From Microthyrium microscopicum (Eukaryota), in assembly GCA_010405405.1 (NCBI GenBank), contig MU004230.1:530627-594626 (forward strand): a stretch of 64,000 nucleotides of DNA. The letters run 5' to 3'. Shown piece by piece: positions 12,588-25,801 of this stretch. The notes beneath the pieces were generated by a model. It was given only the letters and a program-made list of their open reading frames with translations, ran no database searches and had not been told where the DNA came from. Each line of letters starts with the position of its first letter. The stretch's first letter is position 1. The position numbers were made by a program, and so were the translations under genes.

Positions 12588-13153
12588 TGCGTATGATTGA
12601 TGAAGAGCGAGAGTGGCTTGCTCCAGCATTTTCCTTTTGTCAAGCAACGAAGATACCTTTTGGGAGGGAGTGTTTGCATATTTCGCGCTTCTTATTCAAG
12701 TTGAGCATGTTCGATACCAAGTAGTCCGTTTTCTGCCTTGTTTTTGTCTTACAAGTTCTAGTTGCTTATGCATTGCCAATGACACAGCATAAATAATATC
12801 ATTGATAAGCGTTCACGTCTGGACACTTCTCAGACCACTATTACCTCACTTAACTCCGCGCTTTGTGCTCTTCATCCGAGTGTAAGAGTCGATTGTGCAT
12901 AGATCAGGTTAGATCTGTCAGATTCAGTACGGCTCGGTTCGGAGTTACTAAGGCCTTGGTACTTGCTAGCAAGGTAGCCCATATGGAGTAGTGAGAGCGA
13001 GCGCATATGTATAAAAGTAAGCTTACTTACTCCACAGTAGAGTAGTGCTTTGCTACCCCACCATACATATCAGCCTCACACTGTACTTGTTCGGAACCAA
13101 CCTCTACTTCTTTCTATAATCATACATCGTTGAATATTCAAAATCTGGCAATC

Positions 13154-13982
13154 ATGGCCGACATAGATATCTCCAGCATCGCCGCCAACAGAGGCATACC
13201 AACAGATCACATTCCAGTCAATGTCGTCCCAGCCAAAGAAGGCGACATCATCAGATTGGGGCCCATCACTTGCCGAGTGATGGAAGATGGCTCCAGGACA
13301 GGTACCTTCCCACCCATGGCATTCGCGAATTACGCGACAAGCTAATGATCTTAGACAACAGAATTGGTGTTGCAGAGTTCACTTTGCCGCCAAACACCAA
13401 AGGACCACCAGCTCACTGGTACGGACTGACGCAGTGCGACTCTACGAGATTACTGACTTACGTAGGCATGAAATGCATGACGAAATCTTTGTTACGACTG
13501 CGGGTACTGTGCGATTCCATCTGCCCAATCCGGACTCATCTCAGCCGGAGAAACTTGTCGATTGCGCAGTGGGAGACCTTTGCACGTAAGTATATTCATA
13601 CCCAATATAGAGTACTGTTACACTCCACATTTTCAAGCTTGAAAAGTCTACAACTTATCTGTAATCTTCATAATGATACGCTCATTTGCCGGAAGATTGG
13701 CCCATTACACACATGCAGGAACCCAACATCTGTTGATGTTATCACATTGATACTATCATACTAACATGCTATAGTGTACCAATTCGTGCGCCTCACACTT
13801 TCTCCAATCCATTTGATGTTGAGGCGAAGTTCATCAACACATATACTCCAGCGTTCTATATCAACTACTTCAAGATGATGGGAGAAATGCTGGAAGTTGG
13901 TGAAGCGATGACACCAGCCAAGAACATTCAGGCCATGGCAAACTTTGCTACTATTCCTGTTAAGCCAAGTGGTCCAAAGTAA
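13154..13982 (+). CDS. Cupin-domain protein (3 introns)
   Basis: Spliced: ...RVMEDGSRT|DNRIGVAEFTLPPNTKGPPAHW|HEMHDEIFVTTAGTVRF...GDLCT|VPIRAPHTFSNP...INYFK. Cupin motif 1 (HxH...E) and motif 2 (GD...VP...PH) are present. Confidence 0.85.
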
Positions 13983-16900
13983 TATATCGGCAAGGCTGTC
14001 TTGTATTTATTGGGAATGGGATGTCCAGGTGGTTTTTCTCGATTGGATATACGTTTGATCTCAATACACCAAAGTTAGCTACCAGTGCTTATCATTTCGT
14101 ACCAGACATGATTGTGACGACTTTCATTCCTTCTCATATTCTATTCCGACTACCCGGATGGCCTTGAATAGGACATTGTTCTAAGACAGTGGAGATAGTG
14201 ATTTCCGCAAGGACTATGATCTGCGCGAGGATATATCATGTATGACTACCAGGGTAGTACGAATTTAGATACTTAAAATGATGCTACTACACTTCATCCA
14301 GCTATAGCCATCCTCCTATACTGCTATTTCACTTGAACATTAAAGGTAGCACGTTTCATGATGGTGTTCTACCGTATTGGTGCCTGCCGAAGGTAACGCT
14401 AGAACAAGGCTGGGCCCTGGCGGAGGAGGATATTATCAGGTCCCACTTCTACAAGAGGACTTACGGAGGTAACAGCCATTGATATCACGATCTGATACAT
14501 GTAGTAGCACATATCGACATAGTGCAACAACTCGGTACCACATAGATTCGGGACTGTACCACTGATACCGGGGACATGAAGATACGATCTACATCATCCA
14601 CACCTCAACATATTCTCACGCATGCCGAAGAGCCAAAACCTGCCCCGCAATACTCGATAGCGCAGACTAGCTGTCAAAAATATAGCCGTGCAAATCCCAA
14701 ACGAAACAAAACGAAACGCCCAGCACGCGCTCAGCCGTTGGCCACCTAAATACTTGTGTACTACTGCAGGGCCAGGAAACTAGTTTTTCGCTATAGAAAC
14801 CGCAGCAATAGAAAAGATCTGACCTGATAGGTTGACAAGAGCGAATAAGAGGCTGGTATGTTCCGCAAGTGGTCACAAACAGTTCCTGCCCCTCGAGTCA
14901 GTGCAGTGCAGTGCAGCATATCAAAAAAGGCGAGCCCGGCCTTGCATTTCTCATATGCAGGACGGCGGATAATGAAGGAACTTTTCAAAAGGGGGGTTGT
15001 TGATTAGAGAGCTAGCATCCAAATCGGATTTCATCTTGGATAAGTGTAGTTCTACGCATGGAGGTTAAAAACGTGAACATCAAAGCCACGTGTCTTGCCT
15101 GCGATCAACGTGAAAATCGCTAAGGAGAGTGGATTTGTCTGGTAGCGATATTGATAGTGTTTCGGGTTCCGATAGATGATGAGTGGATGTGGTTAAACCG
15201 TTAGAGAAGAGCTGAAAAACGTGGGCGATTTATGGAACACTATAGTGCTAGGATGAAGCTATTGATAAATCCACTTAAATGGTTAAAGTTGCCGATCTGG
15301 AATATCGTGTTGTACTTTGATCTTGCTTCAGAAAGACATAGAAGAAGATTATTGGGAGTCTGGAAAGAGATGCATTGAAAAGGAGGTCAAGGGACGATTA
15401 CCGCACCTGTATTGCGAAAACAAGTTCTGGGAATATATCAAATTATCGAAATCTGGGAGTGTTGTACAACTCATCGAAGCTGCGTATTACAGGGGTGGGT
15501 ATTATTTGAAAGAAGCAAAGTAATAGTTCCAATTCAACCGCAGCTATAGGCGGAATCTTAGACTGGTTCTAATCATCTGCGTAAGGCTGAATAGCGCATT
15601 TAGTGAAATGGTCCAGAATGAAGATGTTTGAGTTTTGAACAAGCACCTGTTTCTCAGTTAGGTCAAACCGTATTGATTCAAGAGAAAGAAGAAGACAAAC
15701 GATACCAGATCTGAGTTCTGGAGAGATGATGACTACAGATATATCGTAGATATAATGCGAGATAAACGATGACCCGCAAAAACAAAAGTGTTCGATGATA
15801 TGTTGGTATAAAAGTAGTCCTCGAGGCTTGATATAAATGCCAAGAGTGCTTTACAAGAGGTTTGAAGTCGTGGTTATCGCAATGTAGCCATGTCGTGGTT
15901 GTTTTAGTTCAGTAAGTGTGATACCACCGAAAAGATCCTTCAACCAATGTTAGGTACTGTAAGGTGCTGGGATTCTGGAAGGAGGTTGGAGTAATGGTGA
16001 TATCCGTAGATAGCTCCTGCCGTGTCCGCATTGGATCTCGTGGAGAAGAACCTACTCCGTATGAGAGAAAGATACGGCAAGGGCATTCCATTGTTCTAAG
16101 TAGGCAGTCGCTAACTTTATATCAACGTCTTGCCATCAGAAATTCAGAACCAAACCTCAATTTCCAATATCATCCTCCCAGAATCCCATTGCGCAATGGA
16201 ACATGGACTCAAATTGAATCATGGCACGATGTAAAAGTGGAGGTTTATGGATTGGCGCATCGTAAAAATCTCTCCCCTTTTCTCAAACAGGTTAGCGGGC
16301 GATGCACCACCCCAGCCTTTCCGTACCCGTACCCAATCTTTGGGCGGTGATTTGAGGGATTGCTCGGCACGGCTGCAGCTTTGGCAGCGCAATGGAGTGC
16401 ACGGCTCGCGCTGGCGACAGGTCCAGAAATGTCTTTGATGGCGGTCCTCTACAACCAATTGCATTTGCAGACTTGCCCGTCGCCTTCAATCTCGCAAATG
16501 CAGAGAGCCTTTCAGCCGTGACAGAGACGAGAGACATCAGAGTCAACAGCTTCAGCACTTCTTTTGTGTCGTATTGCCGGTCCTCCGCTTCTGGGAGCCT
16601 GCCACTCATGGGAGGAGTCGCGCGAACTCTTTTTCTGATCGTGCATCAATTGTTCTAACTATCTTTGACTGTAACCCCTGGAAGCTTGACCGTCGTCTTT
16701 AGACTTTAGTCTTCTTCTTTATGCGACTCCTGGCTCCACCAAAAAAATCCCTGTACCTTTCGTGTGCTTGCTATGCTGCTGTGCTCTTGGCTACTCTGAT
16801 CTCTCCCCAATCTTTGGAAAACACCTCCACCTCCTGACGGCTCGGACTACTGCTCATCGTGTCAGCCCTGTCCTAACCTCTCGTGCCTCTCCATCTTCCA

Positions 16901-17568
16901 AACTCCTCCACCTCATTGCCTACCTTCCTTTGGTATCCTGATACTATTCTTCCCACCTCTATCAAAGCCATAGACACGCATGAGACCTTCTCGTTAATAT
17001 CTGGTTGTGTCTGCCACAATTTAGGCCTAATTGCGGCTCTACCAGATCTCGTGTGACCTCCATCCGTGTTGGTTTTAGCACATCTTCTCCCCAGTTCATT
17101 ACCAACCACCAAAACTCTCAACGTTCAACAAATAATCCTCGAGCATTTAGAGCGTAAATCACATCATATCAGCCTTCTCGATCAAGCCGACTTCATTTGG
17201 ATATCCAGGTTACGAAAAGAGACTACCCTGAATTCGGTAATCTCGCTCGCGTAGTCAACTTCCGAATCCATCGGGTGCAAATCCCGTCTCCCTAAAAAAG
17301 TATATCAGACCTGTCATTTTTTCCATCCATGCGCGGATCACAAAGTGGGCTAATCATCTATCTATTTACAGGTAAAACAGATTGCAATCCCCGCGATCTC
17401 AATAATATCCAGGAAACCCTCCTTTCACCCACAGTGGTCCCACGCTCACCCCGGCTTTCACACGTCGCAATTGACTTTGCTTGACAACGCCCTCTGCGAC
17501 AGAGCTCACTTAAGTGAGGCTCTAGCCATCAACTCAATCGAAATCCTGCAAAGGTAACGAACCACATC

Positions 17569-20500
17569 ATGAACGACTTTGTACCAGCCTCGCGAGGAAG
17601 CAGGGCTCCCAGTGTGTCCTCTGCCGGCACTGCGTCGACGACTGGCGTTGGCACCTTCATCCCCAAATATACACCAAAACCAGAACCAGCATACATATCT
17701 TCCTCTGCGGCCGCCGATCACATAACACATATCCATCATAACGAGCAATATGGACTTTTGTCCCCTGCAGCTTCCCCTACGAATGACGCTGCTATATTCT
17801 CCGACAATGCGCTTCAAATGCTCAATTCCTTTTTGGACTCGCTGCTCTACAATTTTCTTGCAAAGGCAAAAGGCACAAAACTCTCGCTACTCAGACCTGC
17901 TATCATTGAGGTTCTCAAGGCAAAACTAGGCCGTGAAGCTTTGGCTAGTGCTGACGAGGAGCTCGAGGGTCTCGTCGCAGAAGGTGACGACGATGAGCAA
18001 GATGGTGCTGACAAGATGTCCTCCGTTCCTGAATGGCATTTGGAAAGCGCATTCAAGCGAATGAGACTGAGAGTCATGGTTTTCATTCGATTGGGTGATT
18101 TCGATGACGATGATGAGGACAAGTTTCTTGACGATGAGGACGCTGCCGATATGCATGGCCACGATCAGCAAATCCTCTCTTCTCCAGCTGCTGTATATGT
18201 TGCTTCCGTTCTGGAGTACCTCGCAGAACAATCACTATCGCTTGCCAGCGAGGCAGCTTGCTCACGAGCTAGACTGCGAGCTCGTCGAGTGTTCAACGAG
18301 AGTGGCCCAGTGGATGTTCCAGAGCATGAAAACATTGTGGTTGAGGACAATGACGTGGAAAAGATTGCACTGAATCCCGGTTTAGGACGTCTCTGGCGAA
18401 CCTTTCGCAAATCTCAACGAAGTCTTCTCCCACCTGGAAGTCCAACAGCCTCACACTCACGGCGCAGCTCTGTAACATCACCAATCCGCGTTGCTAGAGA
18501 TGCTCGAAGACAATCTGGCGCGGGTATGATTAGAGAGGAGCGAGAAACACCAGTAGAAATTATTCCAGATTGCGAACCGACAGAAACTGAAATTGCAGCA
18601 AATATTCCGCTACCCACCAACGAACGAGACGCGGAAGAAATTGAAATTCCTGGTTTAGCTCCCGTCATCTACGACGAAGATGAGGAGAGCTTCGAAGATG
18701 AGCTTGAGCAGGGGTCCTTGCATAGACCGCGCAGTGTGTCATTCACCATCCCCGGTGCTTTTGTGTCAGAATCACCCATGATTGAAAGTCCGGCTGAGTC
18801 AGCCCCGCAACCTCATTTTAAGCCATTGTTGAAGAGACAGCGATCAAATTCGGTTCCATCAACATCTGCAGTACCGTGGGATTGGATTCCTGTGTCGGTT
18901 CGTAGAGCTCTCGCTCGATACGCGAAGATGGACGACTTGGAGCTTGCTAGCATCATTCAGCTTCCAGAAGAGGATGAACATGAGCTTATCGAGGCCGCCA
19001 CATTGACCCCCCTTCCCGAAGACACGCACGATGTGGAATCTGAGGTCTATGCCGCTGTGTTGGCTAATGACGAAGTAGCTCCCACGGCAGCATCTTCGGA
19101 ATATGGTTCAGACACCGCTTCTATTCAAGATCCTACAGAAACTATCATCGCTCAAACCGGCGATAAGCCCTTAAACGATCCTTCAGTCGAGCCTTCAATC
19201 GATCCCAATACCAACGAAAACGGTCCGGCAATATATGTTGCCGAGCCTGTGGCTGACTCTGAAAAACAAGTCGAATCAGAGCCTATGGATGAGCATACTG
19301 TGGAACAAAAGTCAAAGAAGGGGCTTGTCGCAGGTGCAGTTGGTGCTACAACATTAGCCGCGGCAGCAGTTGGAGCAGCAGTAGCTGGCACAATTGGATC
19401 GTCGAACAAAGAAGAACACAAAGAAGTGGCTCAGCCAGGATCGAGATCAAGCCTTTCAGTGCAAACTAGAGAGGTCTTTGATATGGACGAGCCCGATACA
19501 GCAAGACAAAGCCTCGACGTGAGCCAACATCAACTAGGAGCATCCCGGGAATCTTCCGCAGATACCGTTGTACGGGTTGATAAAAGTGCAGAGCAATCTA
19601 TTTTCAAGAAACCAGATTCACCCGTCAAGAAACAAGTTGCTTTTGCCGACGAGCCTAAAGAGAAAGAAAGTTCCCCTCTGTTGTCTGCATACGCACAAAA
19701 GAAATCTCCGACGATCGAACAGCGAGGTTTCGCTTTCCAGGCCGAGCCGTCTAGGGTGGCGCCACTACAGACATCCACGGCCAAAGATAGTAGCAAGGAT
19801 GCCCCAAGCGCCCTACCCGTGGATTCCAAGGTGGCCAGCTCAAATCATATTGCCAGCCAGATTGCAGCGACCGGTATTGCAGCCGCTGCAGGGGCCGCTG
19901 CAATTGCGGCGGTATCTACAACCTCAGGATTCGCCAAAACCAACACAAGTCCTCCCATCAGCACTGGCAAACCGTCTCCACCGCCAGACACGCCTACGCC
20001 TGTCAAGGCAGGAACGGAGAGTCCAGTCTCACCCTTGGAAGGCACGATGGCGCTTCATCAGCAAAAGCTGCAGGAGCCACCCAGATCTGTTCCTGCCCGG
20101 GATGGCCCGCCAAAGCCATTGACCACCTCCAACGGAAATTATCCCGTCAACCCATACGCCATGTTGTATGATGATATAGAGCCTGATGCCATTGGCGTCG
20201 CAAAGACCTCCAATGTCCCCATACATTCCTCATCTCCCTCCATTTCCACTGAATCACGGCCTTGGACGCCCAACCGTGGCGCCACTACTACCACCGTGTC
20301 TAACTCCATCAATGCCAATACTGCCAATAACTCTGAGCAAGCTCAACGAACGCGAAACATCCCATCTCCTCTTCGGGTTGGCAATCAGGATCAATTGCTA
20401 GCTCATGGCAATTCTCAATTCCCATCTACATCCACACCAACCCAAAAGTCTCGGGATGCACCTAAGACAACGGCTCAGGACTCGGATGACTACGATCTAG

Positions 20501-22277
20501 ACAAGCCGATCAACCCAGGGACTTTCCAGAGCTGGAAGACACCCAAGGAGAGTCCAACTCTGCCCAAGTTCTACAATCAAAACCAAACCGCTGTGGCTGG
20601 TTCAGAAGCTTCCAAGCCCGTCACTACTAATAGCTCTGCTGCACAATCTCAGCATAGTCCAAAGGGTTCGCAGGGCAGTCAGAAGAGTCAAAAGAACTAC
20701 CAATCCGAGGAAATCAAGCAACGTGAATTCGATGCACTGCTCGACCGAAAAGAAACTGTCAAGTACACATTAACCCCAGAAGAAATCCGTGACGTAGGGG
20801 TAAGTAATTCTTTATACCTTTCTTTGTACTTTCTAACATTCCTTAGCCATACTCCTCCCAGAAGCCTAGCTTAGAACGTAAAGCTCCTTCTCCTGTGGAT
20901 ACAACTCGTAAAACATCGATCACTGGAGCGCGCTCCCCTCCTCTTTTCCGCCGTGCTTCACCAACACCACAACAACAGCAACAGCAGCCAGTCCAGCCAG
21001 TTCAGCAAGTCCAGCAAGTCCAGCAGCAGGCTCCTTCTCCCCAGCGCCCTCTTAAGATTTCGGACATTCGTAAATCTATCAATGCTATAAGCCCTGAACC
21101 TGTCGAGTCTTCCAAGATGCGCAAGAATGGTCTCATGGCCCGTGAAGCGCGTGTGCCGGGCGGAGAGACTAAGGATTTTGTCGACTTTATCCGCTCCTGT
21201 GCACCAAGTTCCCCAGATCAGACAGAGCCACCACAGTTGTCTCATCGTTTATCTGGCAATCTAAGCCAAACTGCACCAGCTGGACCACGATCTCAACGAT
21301 CTAGATTGAATCTAGTTCCACGAGAACCCGATGTTCGTACAAATGCAAATGATGATCTCGTCGATTTCATTCGCAACGGGCCTCCTCAGGCTGGTGCCAA
21401 CGGCCAGGCCGCACGAAACGCTGCCTCTCCGCGGTCTGATCAAAATGGTTCGTCAACAAATAATTCTCTTAACTCTCGTCCTTCTGTGACCGACTCTTAC
21501 AATTCAACAGCACCCTTGGTAAACACCAACAAGCCACTACCATCGAATCCCAAGGTTCTGTCACCTCCCCAGCCTCAGATCACCAAGACTCGACGTCGAA
21601 ACAAGGACCCATACGCGATCGATTCCGACGATGAGGATGATCTCACCGCTTTGCCAACCAAGGGCCGCGCTGGTGGAAGTGGATCTGAAACGATACAGGA
21701 ATTCCTCATGTCTACAAGCCCACCTACTCAGTCGTCACGCATCAGTGGAGGAAGTAATGGAGTCACCAATGGAAGTCCTCTTGCTGTCTCTTCCTCATCC
21801 CGAAATGAGCCGTTGAACTTCCGTTCTCCTGTTTCTGCCAGTTCGCGATCGCGCCGTAATACCAATGAGCCATTACAACGTCAAGCAAGTGGCAATCAAC
21901 TCAATGGTGCACAAGCTCCAGCTTCACTTTCAGGTCGTGGCTCTCACCCTGCCCTCAACTCTTCCGGATTTTCCAAGAAGAAGCTGGAGGCTAGACCTGC
22001 AGGTGCCACGCGAGGATTTGGAGGCCTTGGATATTACTACAGCACTAATGACCTCGCCGACTACCTTCGGTCTAGTGGACCAAATGCTAATCGCGTGAAT
22101 GGCGATGCTACAAATGGAGGCCCAGTTGCACCTTTCAATAATCCCAACCTTACCGCCGGTAGACTTAGTGCCAATCCAAGTGGACGCAACTCACCCGCCT
22201 TGGAAGGTGGCCCAGCATTGAAAAAGACAGACAGCACACGAAAACGATTCTTTGGCCGCAAAGCCGTTCAGACATAG
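17569..22277 (+). CDS. ~1,553-aa protein: N-terminal histone-fold-like region followed by a long Ser/Pro/Thr-rich low-complexity region (1 intron 20800-20846)
   Basis: ORFs 17569-20874 and 20895-22277 join in frame through a GTAAGT..CTAAC..TAG intron. SPAAVYVASVLEYLAEQSLSLASEAA resembles the histone H2A central helix. No obvious signal peptide. Confidence 0.8.
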
Positions 22278-23111
22278 TGGTCTCGATTTCGCAGCTAACT
22301 ACATCCAAACCTGACGTTTTTACGGATCTGGAGGCTTTACTGATTACCGCATCTTAGCGGATACATATTTTTATTCCATGCCTATTTCTACCAACAGTCT
22401 GGCGGCCTTGCAACTTCTTTCAATTCCGCCGCTCTACGCCATCTTTCTTTTTCCTTTGTACAGCAAGCATTGCTTAGGGGTTCAAACTACAGGTCGCTTT
22501 CCCCCCATTTATGGTCTCCTGGGGGCTCGTTTTTAGAGGATTTCAGGGTTGCAGGTATATCTACCTTCGTTGTGATTTATACTTGTTCTTGTTCATATGT
22601 ACACTTTAAAGGTTATTTGAAGCGGCACTAAATTCATGCCTGGTTCTTTCTTATGTCTTTTAATTATTGTTACCACCATCAGTTAGCTAGATGCTTCCAA
22701 CCTCATGTCCGAAGATGCAAATCAATTTCATGTTCTGTTTTAAATGTTATAAATTGTCTACTCCAAATGTCGTTTGGGATCCTGGCCCTTGTTGCTCCCT
22801 AATCCCATTGGACATTAATACATTGCAATATGACGAGGCCTCTGTATATCGAGTTTTGAAATAGGCAAGGGAAATTTGAACTTAATATATGGCCACGCTT
22901 GCTATTACACGGAGAAATCTATGCGACTCTAAATCTCAAAAAGTCGGTTCCTCCATACATTCACTATACTAGCATTTCTTCCGTCGTGTATTACTACACC
23001 CGGTTACCTTACCCAACCATTAGAGTATGTAGTAGTCGTACCATCCGCCGCATAAACTGCCCTTTCTTCCTCAGCCCATCGTGAAGCAATCGTCAAAGGC
23101 AATCCATCACC

Positions 23112-24231
23112 ATGCCCAAACTCACCACCACCACCACCATCCTCCTCACCACCCTCGCCCTCACCGCCTCCGCCATCCCCCAATCCGCACCAACATGTAA
23201 ATCCTGGCCCGGCTTCACCGCCCTCAAAAACCTCTTCATCTTCGGCGACTCCTACACCCAAACCGGCTTCAACACCTCCCTCTCCCAGCCCTCCGCGTCC
23301 ACCCCCCTCGGCAACCCACCCTACCCCGGCTGGACATCGTCCAATGGCCCGAACTGGGTGGACTACTTGACCGTAAAATACAACGCGTCGAAACTATTGA
23401 CGTACAATCTGGCGTGGGGTGGCGCGACGGTGGATGCGGCGTTGGCGAAACCGTATGCGAGTTCTGTGCATAGTCTGGTCGATCAGGTGGAGAAGGACTG
23501 GATGCCGAAATATGCGAGTGGGAACATGAGGGCGAAGTGGATGGGGAGGGACAGTTTGTTTGGAATGTGGGTGGGCATCAATGATGTTAGTGGGCGGTAT
23601 GGTGATGCAGATTTTAAGAATGTTGATAAGATTTTTAAGGTTTGGGCGCGCTTGGTTGAGGAGGTTTGTTATACTCTCTCTCTCTGTTCTATGGTTCGGG
23701 GAGATTGCTAATGCGGTGTAGTTGTATAGCTCGGGGGCGCGAAACTTTCTCTTCATGGATGTACCGACTATTGAAAGGAGTCCGCAGAGTCAGAAGTATC
23801 CGACGACGTTGGCGAAGCTTACGGAGTTTGAGAAGTATTGGGCTAAGCAGATCGCGGATGTGCTGGTGAAGACTGTGAATAGGCATGCGGATGCGACGGT
23901 GGTTACGTATTCGACGTATGATTTGTTTGAGCGGGTGTTGAAGGATCCGAAGAGTACGCCGCAGACTTCAAAGTTGACGGTTATCACTCCTGAGTTCTGC
24001 CAGGCATACAAGGAGTAAGTTGATGAGTTTGGCTAGTGATGATAGAGCTAACGAATTGATAGTGGAAATGTCAATGGCGACCAAGTCAAGACAGGATGTA
24101 AAGGAACGCCAAATCAGTACTTCTGGTTGAATGATTTACATCCTACACCAGCTATTCACGAGGCTACTGCTGCGGAAGTTGCAAAGGCTTTGATTGCTGT
24201 GCCAGCTAACGCGTGTGCGCCGAAACTATAG
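23112..24231 (+). CDS. Secreted SGNH/GDSL hydrolase, carbohydrate esterase family 16-like acetylesterase (2 introns)
   Basis: Signal peptide; FIFGDSYT (block I), YNLAWGGATVD (block II), WVGIND (block III), GARNFLFMDVP, YFWLNDLHPT (block V). Confidence 0.9.
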
Positions 24232-24286
24232 GCTTTCTGTTGCATTGAGCCACAAATGTCATTTGTTGCCATAATTATACATGTGA

Positions 24287-25621
24287 TCATTGCGCGTCCA
24301 AGAGTGGTGTTTCCTCCGTGTTCTCCGCTCTGAATATTCCGAGCCACGATCTTCGACCCTCATTGCTCCAGACTTTGTCCCAGTACAGCACAATATACCA
24401 CAGCACACCAGCCAAGAACCCAACAGCATCGTTCTTGAAAGCGAGTATACCTGCAATAGTTACAAGCATCACACTAAACCGTTTCTTTCTCTCCTCGTCA
24501 CCCGCCATGCGGAAACTGTTGCCATCTATGTTTTCTTCGAGATCGAGAGCAGTGGTGTTTAGGCTCTCTGCCACTTTGGCAAGCTCCATGCCTGCAGCTA
24601 TCACCATGATACCCAGTAGGCTGTGTGGGAAGCGCTCAACGACCCATACCACAGGGTTTGCAAAGAAAAGGCCGAGGATGAGTTTGACGAGACCGAGAAA
24701 GATGACTGAAGCACCACTGCGAGCTCCAAAGTGGTATTGAGCAGCCAGTCCACCAGAGCCATGACAAATTGGCATGCCGCCAAAAATGAATGAGATGAAG
24801 TTTGTGACTGATAGTGTAAGGCCAAGGTGAGCCAAACTTGGTGCAGGCTCTTCGGAGAAAAGGTGCTTGCTCAGATGAGATGTGGCCAGTATTGAGTTTA
24901 GAGTTGTCAAAGGTATCTGGCCGATTGCTGCTGGTAGAGCCGCTTTGAAGTCATGGAGATCCGGGACATATATCTGTGGATTCCAGAGACTAGGGTGCGT
25001 ATGAGAGTGGTAGTGATCTCTTGGAGATAGGATAGCGAACAGCACTCCCAAAAGCGTGATGATCAACGCATATGGAATATGTCGTTTCGAATATGCCGTG
25101 CAAAGAAGCAGAAATACAAAAGCAAATAGTGTCCATAAGTGATTGTCTGCCCAGGAAGGTCGAACCCATCCCAACGGTTTCAATAAGCTTGTTCCCGCGG
25201 TGATGATGAGTTGAAGTCCAGCACCGACTTGAATACCGCGAACGACCGGAAGAGGAATGTATTGATTGAGCAAGTCCAGAGTTCCAGATATGCTGAGCAA
25301 GAAGATAACCACGCTCACTATAAGTCCCGCTACTGCCGTTTCCTGTATGCTGAAATGTTGATCGATTGCTACGGCCGCGATGGCTTTCATAGGCTGGACT
25401 GGTATTGGCAGTCCAAAGAGTAATCCAGTAGCGATATTTGCCAGTCCTGTAAAGACCAAAGTAGACGATACAGCAATGCTGCCATTCAGCGCGAGAGCGA
25501 TGAAGATGGGCAATAAAGTACCCAAATCGCCCAATGAGCCAGAGATCTCGGAAAGAGGGTTGACTTTGAAGGTTTGCACATTGCGTCGTGAGACACGACT
25601 CAAATGGGCTTTGAGTGGCAT
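24287..25621 (-). CDS. Molybdate transporter, MOT1 family
   Basis: Single-exon 444-aa ORF with SEISGSLGDLGTL, PVQPMKAIAAVAI and MPICHGSGGLAAQYHFGARSG motifs typical of MOT1-type molybdate transporters; many TM segments. Confidence 0.88.
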   Translation of the reverse strand: MPLKAHLSRVSRRNVQTFKVNPLSEISGSLGDLGTLLPIFIALALNGSIAVSSTLVFTGLANIATGLLFGLPIPVQPMKAIAAVAIDQHFSIQETAVAGLIVSVVIFLLSISGTLDLLNQYIPLPVVRGIQVGAGLQLIITAGTSLLKPLGWVRPSWADNHLWTLFAFVFLLLCTAYSKRHIPYALIITLLGVLFAILSPRDHYHSHTHPSLWNPQIYVPDLHDFKAALPAAIGQIPLTTLNSILATSHLSKHLFSEEPAPSLAHLGLTLSVTNFISFIFGGMPICHGSGGLAAQYHFGARSGASVIFLGLVKLILGLFFANPVVWVVERFPHSLLGIMVIAAGMELAKVAESLNTTALDLEENIDGNSFRMAGDEERKKRFSVMLVTIAGILAFKNDAVGFLAGVLWYIVLYWDKVWSNEGRRSWLGIFRAENTEETPLLDAQ

Positions 25622-25726
25622 CTTGTCTAGATCAAAAGGTTATGAGAGTAATGAGGTCAGCTAAAGAGAACGACAAGAGACGGTACCAAATGCCGCTGGA
25701 CATGAAGTTCAATTTACCTCAGCGTG

Positions 25727-25801
25727 CTCAGACTCTAATTCAGGTTTAGCGTCTGATTATTAATAGTCGCTACGCTCCCTGACCCTAAATTAGAGCCTAA
25801 G
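25727..25801. repeat. Imperfect inverted repeat (23-bp arms, 29-bp loop) at the left edge of the RIP block
   Basis: 25727-25749 CTCAGACTCTAATTCAGGTTTAG versus reverse complement of 25779-25801 CTTAGGCTCTAATTTAGGGTCAG: 18/23 identical, and 4 of the 5 mismatches are transitions. Confidence 0.7.

Noticed and set aside
14667..17254. Short overlapping ORFs (60-128 aa) in the long intergenic region
   Set aside because: No recognisable motifs, many rely on non-ATG starts, and they overlap on both strands.
1248..25621. Whole left arm as a metal-resistance cluster or element cargo
   Set aside because: ACR3, the MOT1-family gene and the Cys-tailed protein are interspersed with core housekeeping genes (HEM12, MSH1, FCY1), which fits ordinary chromosome.
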